A stretch of DNA of 32,000 nucleotides from assembly GCF_021378375.1 (NCBI RefSeq), contig NZ_CP076228.1, forward strand, positions 810,001-842,000, in the 5' to 3' direction. The position numbers and the translations under genes are program-made. Each line of letters starts with the position of its first letter. The stretch's first letter is position 1. Positions 1-7,929 of this stretch are shown here, one piece after another. Source of the stretch: Wolbachia endosymbiont of Drosophila innubila (lineage in GTDB: Bacteria; Pseudomonadota; Alphaproteobacteria; Rickettsiales; Anaplasmataceae). The notes beneath the pieces were generated by a model. The model did not search any database. It saw only the letters and a list, made by a program, of their open reading frames with translations, and was not told the origin of the DNA.

Positions 1-260
1 TCTCTGTCGAGTATTGGCATTTTTTGATGTCTTGTAACGCTTTATAAGCGCGTTCAGCTTATTTAGATAAAAATCTAGATGTAGATGAAGTTTTGTAAAG
101 ACATACAGTATCTATATACTGCAAAAAATTGAACATGAGACGCCGATACATTAAGTAATCCTTACCTTTTAATCTGCAGATTGGCGAAAGCAAATACAAT
201 AGCTTCACTATCATGATAAGGGCGCTGGCGGAGTTTGTCAAGTAAGTTTTTTGTTTCTAT
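1..260 (-). repeat. Copy A of a non-coding repeat family of about 0.55 kb (truncated by the window start)
   Basis: Positions 1-260 align almost base for base with 28017-28277 (direct orientation) and with the reverse complement of 20206-20446. Confidence 0.9.
213..241 (-). promoter_or_regulatory. Promoter-like motif P1, repeat copy A
   Basis: Reverse complement reads TTGACA-N17-TATCAT. Confidence 0.4.
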
Positions 261-320
261 TGAATGACAGTTGTAACCTACGAAAGAAGTCTGTTGTAAT
301 TTGTACGATATCTTTATAAA

Positions 321-1874
321 ATGGTTCGCATAAGTTATCTAGCAGTGCAACTAAACAAATACAAAAATCAAAACGTCGCGGTTTTTGGTCTTGGTAAAAC
401 TGGTTTATCCGCCATTAACGCTCTAACAAAGAGTGGTGCAAGAATATATGCATGGGATGATCATGAAGAGCAAATAGCAAATGCAAAAATGATGTATAAA
501 AAATGTAATTTTATTCATCCCAAGGAATACAATTGGCATGAGATCAGTGCATTGGTTTTAAGCCCTGGAGTGCCAACAGAGCCACATTGGATAGTAAAAC
601 TTGCAAGGAGATTTGATTGCAAAATAAAATCAGACATTGAGCTATTTCTTGAAGCTAAAACTACGAACCAGAAGGTAATAGGCGTCACAGGAACAAATGG
701 TAAATCAACCACTACATCACTAATAGGGCACATATTAAAATCTGCAGGGAAAAAAGTAGCTATTGGTGGAAATTTAGGCATTCCTGTTTTGGATCTAGAA
801 AGAGATGCAGAAATTTATGTAATCGAACTCTCCTCTTTTCAATTGGAGTTGATGAATGAAATTAACGTGGACATTTCAGCACTGCTCAATATTACACCAG
901 ATCACATAGATAGGCATGGAAGTATGGAGAACTACATAGCAACTAAATTAAAACTGATAAACGGTAGTGAGGTTGCCGTAATAGGATGTGACAATGAGAT
1001 TACTGCTGATATATTCAACAAATTCACTGGAGACAAAATTCCAATCTCAGTAACATATTCCCCGATGTCATTCCAGCGCGTGACGCTGGAATCCAGAAAA
1101 GAAAAACCATTGCCAACTACTCAGATGACAGAGGGTGGTGCAAGAGATCTAATATCATTGGCAGGTAACAATTTGCTTGATTATAGTGAACAGATTACTG
1201 GTATAGATCGAAATTATCTGGATCCCAGTGTCAGCTACTTGGATGACAAAAGGGGCACTGGGATCCAGAAGATCTCGTTAAAACTAGAGAATCATAGCTT
1301 ATCAGTAAGCGACGTGAAAATAAACCTAATATCCAACGCAGAAAACATAGCAGCCACATATGCCGTATGTAAGGTACTTGGAGTAGATAGCAACACTATT
1401 ATCAATGGAATCAAGTCCTTTTCAGGACTGAGGCATAGGAATGAACTGCTTGGGAAAATAAGAAATGTGTTTTTCGTGAACGATAGCAAAGCAACTAATG
1501 CAAAATCGAGCGAAAAGGCGATCTTATCTTATGAAAACATAAATTGGATCGCTGGTGGAAGAAGCAAAAAAGGTGGAATAGAATCATTAAGCAAGCATTT
1601 TACAAGGGTTAGAAAAGCTTTTCTTATTGGAGAATCAACCGAAGCTTTTGCAAATGTTATGGAGAATAAAGTAGATTATGTTAAATGTTGCAATCTAGAA
1701 GATGCATTCAGATTGGCTTTTGAAGAGGCCTTAAATAGCGCAGAAGAAGTAACAATATTACTTTCTCCCGCGTGTGCTTCTTTTGATCAATGGAAAAATT
1801 TCGAGGAACGTGGTGAAGCATTTTGTAGAATGTTTGAAAATCTCAGGTACAATCACACATGCTGTTTAGTATGA
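321..1874 (+). CDS. murD: UDP-N-acetylmuramoylalanine--D-glutamate ligase (MurD) with in-frame repeat-derived inserts
   Basis: 517-aa ORF with VAVFGLGKTG dinucleotide-fold motif, Mur-ligase P-loop GVTGTNGKSTT, ITPDHIDRHG and NDSKATN motifs in the expected order. It is about 70 aa longer than typical MurD (E. coli 438 aa). Confidence 0.9.
   Translation: MVRISYLAVQLNKYKNQNVAVFGLGKTGLSAINALTKSGARIYAWDDHEEQIANAKMMYKKCNFIHPKEYNWHEISALVLSPGVPTEPHWIVKLARRFDCKIKSDIELFLEAKTTNQKVIGVTGTNGKSTTTSLIGHILKSAGKKVAIGGNLGIPVLDLERDAEIYVIELSSFQLELMNEINVDISALLNITPDHIDRHGSMENYIATKLKLINGSEVAVIGCDNEITADIFNKFTGDKIPISVTYSPMSFQRVTLESRKEKPLPTTQMTEGGARDLISLAGNNLLDYSEQITGIDRNYLDPSVSYLDDKRGTGIQKISLKLENHSLSVSDVKINLISNAENIAATYAVCKVLGVDSNTIINGIKSFSGLRHRNELLGKIRNVFFVNDSKATNAKSSEKAILSYENINWIAGGRSKKGGIESLSKHFTRVRKAFLIGESTEAFANVMENKVDYVKCCNLEDAFRLAFEEALNSAEEVTILLSPACASFDQWKNFEERGEAFCRMFENLRYNHTCCLV
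1062..1100. repeat. Palindromic element inside the murD coding sequence (unit 1)
   Basis: gtcattccagcgcgtgacgctggaatccag has an 8-bp stem ttccagcg/cgctggaa and the same gtcat...atccag flanks as the intergenic hairpins. Confidence 0.8.
1218..1268. repeat. Composite palindromic element inside the murD coding sequence (unit 2)
   Basis: 13-bp inverted repeat ctggatcccagtg / cactgggatccag separated by 25 nt. The spacer includes agctacttggatgaca, which is half of the 20989-21013 hairpin type. Confidence 0.85.
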
Positions 1875-1880
1875 TGTTGC

Positions 1881-2471
1881 GTGGAACAAAAGTTAATAAT
1901 AGATAAGCTAATTAGGGTTATTCCATTTGAAGGGATAAGCGATGAAACCCTATTAAAGGTGTGCACTGACCTTAATCTAGCTAATAGCTTTTGCAAATTT
2001 CAGAATGGAATATATAGCGCTTTGGAGCACATAGCAGAGGACTTAAATAGCTCAATGGAAGCTGAATTAAGAAATTCTAATTTAGAAGATATGAAAGTGC
2101 GAGAGCGAGTAAAGTTAGCTATTCAAATACACCTTTCAAACTATGCTAAGCTACCGAATTATAGAGAACTTTTAAAAAATGTTTTATCATTCTCCGTATC
2201 ACCAAAAAATACATATTTTTCTAGTAAACTTTTATACAGAACTATTAGTGCGATTTGGTATGGCATTCATGACCAATCAACAGATTTTAACTACTATACA
2301 AAAAGAGCAATATTAGCTGGAGTGTACTTAAGTACGATACTTTTTTTTATCAATGATTATTCAGAAGATTTTGTGGATACTTTATCGTTTCTTGATAACC
2401 GTATCAACAATGTCATGACATTTCAAAAATTCAAAACTCGCTTAAAAGGAATCATAGGAAATTTCTTATAA
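1881..2471 (+). CDS. COQ9-family protein (alphaproteobacterial rpsU-divergently-transcribed protein family)
   Basis: 196-aa ORF with a GTG start 7 nt after the murD stop. The C-terminal block DQSTDFNYYTKRAILAGVY...FLDNRINNVMTF matches the conserved COQ9-family signature as I remember it. Confidence 0.7.
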   Translation: MEQKLIIDKLIRVIPFEGISDETLLKVCTDLNLANSFCKFQNGIYSALEHIAEDLNSSMEAELRNSNLEDMKVRERVKLAIQIHLSNYAKLPNYRELLKNVLSFSVSPKNTYFSSKLLYRTISAIWYGIHDQSTDFNYYTKRAILAGVYLSTILFFINDYSEDFVDTLSFLDNRINNVMTFQKFKTRLKGIIGNFL

Positions 2472-2475
2472 GCTA

Positions 2476-2769
2476 TTGATTGTTGGTAGAAAAGTACTTG
2501 AGCACGATCCTGAAAAGGTTTGTGAAAATAAAAATATTCATGCTGATCATAAAGAACATTTAGTTTATTGTGAGGATAATAATGGTACAACAAAATACAC
2601 CAGTTACGAAGAAAAAGAAAATAAATTTATTGAAGAAGCACATGAATATTTAATAGACTCTGAATTTAATAAAAATTTTGATCTAGGGCAGTACAGAATA
2701 AGTAATTTCTCCGGAAACTTGACGAAAATAGAACTGGAACTCATCAATGAAAAGTATATGCAAGTTTAA
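2476..2769 (+). CDS. hypothetical small protein (weak call)
   Basis: 97-aa ORF with a TTG start and no recognisable motifs. It fills the gap between the COQ9-like gene and rsmD, and its 3' end overlaps the convergent rsmD by 4 nt. Confidence 0.3.
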   Translation: MIVGRKVLEHDPEKVCENKNIHADHKEHLVYCEDNNGTTKYTSYEEKENKFIEEAHEYLIDSEFNKNFDLGQYRISNFSGNLTKIELELINEKYMQV

Positions 2770-3314
2770 GTTGATAGAGAAAGAAAAATTATTCTTGCTA
2801 TACCGTAAATACGTTCCAAGATTATACTAAAGTCTTTATTGCACTCAAAACCTTCGTTTTTCCTAATCTCTAGAATTATCAATGCATCATCACTTAACCA
2901 GCCTGAGTTAGCTAGTCCATTCAACGTTGATTCAACTAGATTGCTATTGTAAGGTGGGTCTATAAAAACTATGTCGCATTTTGAAATAGGTTTTGGTAAG
3001 CAGTTAGCACTGCAGCAAATTAGCGTAACATTGTCCGTAATTCCAAAATCTTCTGCTGTTTTTTTAGGCAGTTGCAAATTGTAATAATCTGAATCCACCA
3101 TGAATGCATGTTTAGCGCCGCGAGAAAGCGCTTCAAATGAAAAAGAGCCACTTCCGCAGAACAAATCAAGTACATTCAAGTTATAAATAGGTTTTCTTGA
3201 GGAAAGTATACTAAATATTGCTTCTCGAACAATACTCATAGTTGGTCGTGCAGCTAAATGCTTACCTGTAGTTATTTTTCTTCCGCGATATTTGCCTGCA
3301 ATGATGCGTAGCAT
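2766..3314 (-). CDS. rsmD: 16S rRNA (guanine966-N2)-methyltransferase RsmD
   Basis: 182-aa ORF with N-terminal MLRIIAGKYRGRK, SAM-binding DLFCGSGSFSFEALSRGA and catalytic FIDPPY motif. Confidence 0.85.
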   Translation of the reverse strand: MLRIIAGKYRGRKITTGKHLAARPTMSIVREAIFSILSSRKPIYNLNVLDLFCGSGSFSFEALSRGAKHAFMVDSDYYNLQLPKKTAEDFGITDNVTLICCSANCLPKPISKCDIVFIDPPYNSNLVESTLNGLANSGWLSDDALIILEIRKNEGFECNKDFSIILERIYGIARIIFLSLST

Positions 3315-3338
3315 ATTAAATAAGCTCCAAAATAATTA

Positions 3339-3366
3339 ATTATTTATACTATATGATTAATGTCAA
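3339..3366 (-). promoter_or_regulatory. Candidate rsmD promoter
   Basis: Reverse complement reads TTGACA-N16-AATAAT, 24 nt upstream of the rsmD ATG, with tggag as a possible SD. Confidence 0.35.
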
Positions 3367-3436
3367 TATGGCTTTAGCAGTTTAATAGAGAGAAGCTATC
3401 GAGTCGCTTGTAAGAAAAACACAAACACAAGACTCA

Positions 3437-4099
3437 TCAGTTATCTTTTTCTGATTTGCCTGCTGCATTAATTGCTTGACCAATCTCATCTTGTAAATCA
3501 TCATGATCATTTTTTTCATCATGATTTAGCCCTTCAATTCTGCTTTCTAACTCTAACTTAATTATAGTATTGATTTTATCTATATTATCAAGAAAGCCTC
3601 TACACTCTTCTTCACTATACTCTTCACCAGATGCTTTTTTTTCAATAAATAGGTTTTTAAATCCTGCTAGATCAGAATTCTGATCGGTATTTAGTACAAC
3701 ATTTCTCTCTATGAAGCTAAGATCTGACAGCAGTAAGCTAACCTCTAACAGATCTTCACTTTTCACGCTTTTAAGGTCTTCAAGACTTTCTAAAATACTA
3801 AACACCTTAATCCTTTCTTGTACAATCTCTTTGTCTTCCTTATCAAATTCAGACAATAAACTATGATTATCTACAAATTTCTCACTCAAAGCTTTATTCA
3901 ATTTAGCAAAATTGACATCCTTGTCAAGTGATGTGTTATCCCGCAACAAGTCTACCCTTGCCCTACGCGCATTTAAAATGTCGTCGTAGTCATTTAACTT
4001 TATGTTGCCATCTTTGTCTTGCTGCAATTTATAATAATCAAGGCCTTTGAAATTTTTATTAGTCTTCATCTTCAATCCTCTTCTCATCTCCTTTTGCAT
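3437..4099 (-). CDS. hypothetical acidic protein, last ORF of the virB3-virB6 gene string
   Basis: 220-aa ORF, D/E-rich, with no TM segment or signal peptide. It overlaps the virB6-4 stop (4059). A more likely start is ATG 4069, which lies inside the last virB6-4 codons (gaagATGAAGACTAA) with AGAGGA upstream. Confidence 0.6.
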   Translation of the reverse strand: MQKEMRRGLKMKTNKNFKGLDYYKLQQDKDGNIKLNDYDDILNARRARVDLLRDNTSLDKDVNFAKLNKALSEKFVDNHSLLSEFDKEDKEIVQERIKVFSILESLEDLKSVKSEDLLEVSLLLSDLSFIERNVVLNTDQNSDLAGFKNLFIEKKASGEEYSEEECRGFLDNIDKINTIIKLELESRIEGLNHDEKNDHDDLQDEIGQAINAAGKSEKDN

Positions 4100-7000
4100 C
4101 TGGTTTCCTCATTGGTTTCGGTAATTTCCTTTTACTGTCTTCTCGATTTCTTTTTTCCTCTCTTTCAGCACGTTTTTTTATAGCTTCCTGGGTATTCATT
4201 TCAAAAAGTGCCTTAACGTACTCTTCTGGATTTTTTGGTTCTTTAAATAAAGGCTTAAGATTATAAATTTCGTCTTTTCGATCTCTTTCTTCTTTTCTTC
4301 TAGCTCTTTCAGCACGTTTTTCTACAGCTTCTGGAGTGTTCATTTCAAAAAGTGGTGAGAGGTTGTAAACTTTATCTTGATTTCTTCTGCCTTCTCTTTC
4401 AGCACGTTTTTCCATACCTTCAAAAGCAGATCCAAAATCATCAATTTCATCTGAACCTTTTGGTTCCGTGCCTAAATTTCGTGTCACTTCATTTGATTGA
4501 TCAGGCTTATCTTCTTCTGTTGGCTGATCATGCTGTAGTTGATTAGGCTTGTCTTCTTGTTCTGTGCTTAGTTCTCGTACTACCTTATCTGGCTGACCTC
4601 CCCCTCGTAGTCGAAGAGGGTCGCCTTCTTCTAGTGGCTGATCATGGTTATCTCTTACTAGTTCCGTGCCTAACTCTCGTTCTACCTTATTTGATTGATC
4701 AGGATTGTCTTTTTCTGGTTCTTTCTTACGGCCGATAGTGTAATCATGAAGCTTCTCTAAGAAATCTCGCCTATATTCTTTTGCTCTATAGAGTAGGTTA
4801 TGATCATAGCCATGCTTTCCTATAGAGTCAAGACCATGCTCCCAAGTAAACTTCATAGCATCTTCTATTGTATAGCCCAAATGTGATCCTACGTATCCTT
4901 TATAATAATCTAAATATTTACCGATCCTTCTGTGTGTAATATCTTCCTTATCAACTCCAAATGCCCTGTAAATTTTTTCCTCGAGCTTATCAACATCATT
5001 TTCAGGCGATGTTGCAAACTTCGTTGCTTCAATAGTAGCACCTACAAATTTACGTGGCACATCAATAGCGTATTTCAGCACTCCTCCAACTCTTGGTACT
5101 CTCCCCAGCAGATTAGCTGCACCTCCGGCTAATCTATCCGGTAAATGAGTAGCCCAACTGCCTAAAGACTCAAGTCCTCTACCAGCAAAATTTTGCCACT
5201 GCTGTTTGAATCCTTCCATTATGCCAGTCAAAGGCGATGCCTGATACATACTAGATATATTGTAAACGCTGAATCCACCACCAGCGATACTTGAGCCCAT
5301 TTGTTGTACGAACGTGCGTAAGGAGAACATTAAAAATGAAAGCAAGAATAGTATAAAGATTTCCCCTGCATTGATTAAATAACCTCTCTGTATGTCTTGC
5401 ACCCTTTGGTAATCGCTATTTTCTTGATAATTTTTGCAATCCTCACAATCTTTACATTTCTGACAGTATTCACTGTTGGGATCCTTATATAAATCATGAA
5501 GTTTCAGTATTCTACAACCTTGTTTTTCTACCGCACTCCGCACTAAAGATCTTATTTCATTAATTATTTCCCTATAACTATTGCATTTATTTATATCTTG
5601 ACAGTAGCGTTTTATTATTTCACTAACATCACCTATCCTTTTCTCTATATTGTTGATCAGTAATATAATGTCAGCCCTCTCTGATGCATGAGATAAACTA
5701 TTTGTTAAGCGCACTAGATCTTTTTCACTACAGCCATTACTAACTACCATATCACTTTCTGCAATATAGTGGTCTGCTGGATTATCTTTAGTTCCAGGAA
5801 TTGGATTAAAGAAAGGATAATCTATATAACGAAACCCTTTTATATGTTCACCATTTTTATCTTTAGGGTAATCTGGTGGAAGCGGGATATATCCAGCACC
5901 ACCAGTAAATTTTATTGTACCACCTTCTCTGCTTATCTTTTCTATACCTTCTATACTTTTATCTATGTTAAGAGAAGAAGCTTCTCCAAGAGTGTAAGGT
6001 ACAAAAATTTGCCCTGGGGTCCAACCAAAGTACTGCTTATCAACGATACAAAAACCGCCAAACACCCATTTTGGAGCACATAACTTTACCTCGAACCATT
6101 TATTGTAGCATACAGTAAAACCTAGTTGTCTATAAAAGGTGTTCATTATCATTGAAGCCAACAATGACAAGAGAGTAAATATCATAATCGATTGTAAACA
6201 AAAACTGATGCAGAATTTTATCCAACCTTCAAATAGACTTTTCAGCGGTGAAAATAAAATAGAAATTAGAAACAGTGGCATGATAGCTATAAGAAAAGCT
6301 ATACCCATAAAGCCAGAGAGAAATATTATGTAAGCATACACGCACAACAAGAAGTATAGTACAATCCCTATGAAAATTGCCGGTATCATAAGAAGGCTTG
6401 CCCACATTTGGTAATGTAAAAACGCTGCAAACTTTTTCCAAACAGAATAAGCAAAAAATTTATTGAACATGTCCTCCATGAAGCTAAACAACTTAGCTTC
6501 ATCTCCTTGAGCAATACTTCCGGTGTTCATGTTGGGAGCAAAGTTAGTAATTACACTTATCAATTGTTCAAGACCTTTAACGAATAAAACAAGAAAATGA
6601 TCATAGAAAAATCTAAAACTTCCAGGAGATATAAGCACTATTACTAGAGTGATTTTCATCATTCTGATGAGCATATCATGCTTAGTTTCTCGTATCATGC
6701 CAAAAAGATAAAGAAGCGATGAAATCATTACAAATAGAACAAGCAAGGAAAGAACAAAATTGTGAAAGCTCGTACTTTTTTCAGCTATATTTTCGAACAT
6801 AGCTTGTGCAACTGCAGGATCATTGCTATTAAAATGTTCTTTGCAATTTTCGTTAATCAATAATACACATTTTAGATAGTTATAAATGTAATCAAAAAAC
6901 CCAAAACTACTTGGCTGCTGCACTCCACTTAAGAACTCAAAAGAGTAGCCACCTACATTATCTAAGTAATATCTATCTAATATTTTTACATATATTTTCC

Positions 7001-7787
7001 ATCCCTTTTTTAACTTCAACTCATTACAATTTCTGTCCTTTAATTTAGTGTTATCTCTGTCTAAAGTAAAAAATCCATTGTCGCCCTCTGCTGTGGAGTT
7101 ATAACCTAGATGTACAGTAGGATATTGAGGATCGCGCATTAACTTTAGATTTTCGTTAGGATCATCTTTCCCCGTTTGAAACAAAAGATAAGCACCATGA
7201 CCGTTGGTAAACCAACATGGAGCACCACGTGATACTGTATTTGCACTATCATCTTCATTAATGCACTTGCAATTTACAGTGCAACTTGCATTAGGCTTAC
7301 TTGAAAATTTTTGTATGCTAGGTTTATAATCATTACAAACTAAGTGAAAATTAGGTAAACTATTATCACTTTGTTTACCTTCAAATTTAGTTGCATATTT
7401 TAACTGCTCCAAGCTTTGTAAGGTATAACTGCCTTTTTTAGATTCCTTCTTGTTATTATTACTCCAAGATGTCCATGTACCATTAACTCGCACTTTTAAA
7501 CTATCTCCATTGGTTTCGAGTCCGGTATCCTCCCACTTCACCACTTGGTTATGGTGAAAACCATAATTAATTTCGCCAGTTTCAGGATCAATAACTTCTC
7601 CATCTCCTGGAATAAACGCATCGTGGTCGCTTGAAAAATGAGCGCTTACTGCAATAGGTTTAGGACCAAAATAGTCAGCAGATATACACCTTGGAAAAGG
7701 CATATCGTTTTTACTACAACCTGTGATCAGCACATAAGCTGCAAGAAGTAATACCCTAAACCAACATTTGCCTAAACGTGATTGCAT
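4059..7787 (-). CDS. virB6: VirB6/TrbL-family type IV secretion inner-membrane protein, paralog 4 (1242 aa, extended)
   Basis: Lipobox-like N-terminus (VLITGC), a soluble N-domain of about 330 aa, a central polytopic hydrophobic block typical of VirB6/TrbL, and a charged repeat-containing tail of about 250 aa. It lies in series with virB3-virB4. Confidence 0.85.
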   Translation of the reverse strand: MQSRLGKCWFRVLLLAAYVLITGCSKNDMPFPRCISADYFGPKPIAVSAHFSSDHDAFIPGDGEVIDPETGEINYGFHHNQVVKWEDTGLETNGDSLKVRVNGTWTSWSNNNKKESKKGSYTLQSLEQLKYATKFEGKQSDNSLPNFHLVCNDYKPSIQKFSSKPNASCTVNCKCINEDDSANTVSRGAPCWFTNGHGAYLLFQTGKDDPNENLKLMRDPQYPTVHLGYNSTAEGDNGFFTLDRDNTKLKDRNCNELKLKKGWKIYVKILDRYYLDNVGGYSFEFLSGVQQPSSFGFFDYIYNYLKCVLLINENCKEHFNSNDPAVAQAMFENIAEKSTSFHNFVLSLLVLFVMISSLLYLFGMIRETKHDMLIRMMKITLVIVLISPGSFRFFYDHFLVLFVKGLEQLISVITNFAPNMNTGSIAQGDEAKLFSFMEDMFNKFFAYSVWKKFAAFLHYQMWASLLMIPAIFIGIVLYFLLCVYAYIIFLSGFMGIAFLIAIMPLFLISILFSPLKSLFEGWIKFCISFCLQSIMIFTLLSLLASMIMNTFYRQLGFTVCYNKWFEVKLCAPKWVFGGFCIVDKQYFGWTPGQIFVPYTLGEASSLNIDKSIEGIEKISREGGTIKFTGGAGYIPLPPDYPKDKNGEHIKGFRYIDYPFFNPIPGTKDNPADHYIAESDMVVSNGCSEKDLVRLTNSLSHASERADIILLINNIEKRIGDVSEIIKRYCQDINKCNSYREIINEIRSLVRSAVEKQGCRILKLHDLYKDPNSEYCQKCKDCEDCKNYQENSDYQRVQDIQRGYLINAGEIFILFLLSFLMFSLRTFVQQMGSSIAGGGFSVYNISSMYQASPLTGIMEGFKQQWQNFAGRGLESLGSWATHLPDRLAGGAANLLGRVPRVGGVLKYAIDVPRKFVGATIEATKFATSPENDVDKLEEKIYRAFGVDKEDITHRRIGKYLDYYKGYVGSHLGYTIEDAMKFTWEHGLDSIGKHGYDHNLLYRAKEYRRDFLEKLHDYTIGRKKEPEKDNPDQSNKVERELGTELVRDNHDQPLEEGDPLRLRGGGQPDKVVRELSTEQEDKPNQLQHDQPTEEDKPDQSNEVTRNLGTEPKGSDEIDDFGSAFEGMEKRAEREGRRNQDKVYNLSPLFEMNTPEAVEKRAERARRKEERDRKDEIYNLKPLFKEPKNPEEYVKALFEMNTQEAIKKRAEREEKRNREDSKRKLPKPMRKPDAKGDEKRIEDED
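4100..4740 (-). repeat. Two sets of in-frame tandem repeats in the virB6-4 tail
   Basis: ctttcagcacgttttt recurs at 4162, 4306 and 4396 and encodes the (F)E(M)..EKRAER..YNL.PLF units. Units of about 100 bp begin near 4462, 4560 and 4661 and encode PDQSN.V.R.LGTE. Confidence 0.8.
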
Positions 7788-7929
7788 ATCTAAACTTTTT
7801 CCAAATACAGAATAAATTTCTAAAACTTTACTTAAAATATCTTTTTAATTAGTTACTCCATAATATCATTTATATCTTACTCCTCTCCATTTTCTTCCTT
7901 GTTTTTAGCTTTAGCACTAGGATCACTTC

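Noticed and set aside
59-241. 60-aa ORF present in all three repeat copies (also 20207-20389 and 28075-28257)
   Set aside because: Its TTG start codon is the TTG of the TTGACA -35 hexamer, and its next in-frame ATG overlaps the -10. A transcript from that promoter could not encode the full ORF. It has no recognisable motifs. Only the internal 30-codon ORF with an SD-like AAGGA is kept, as a weak hypothesis.
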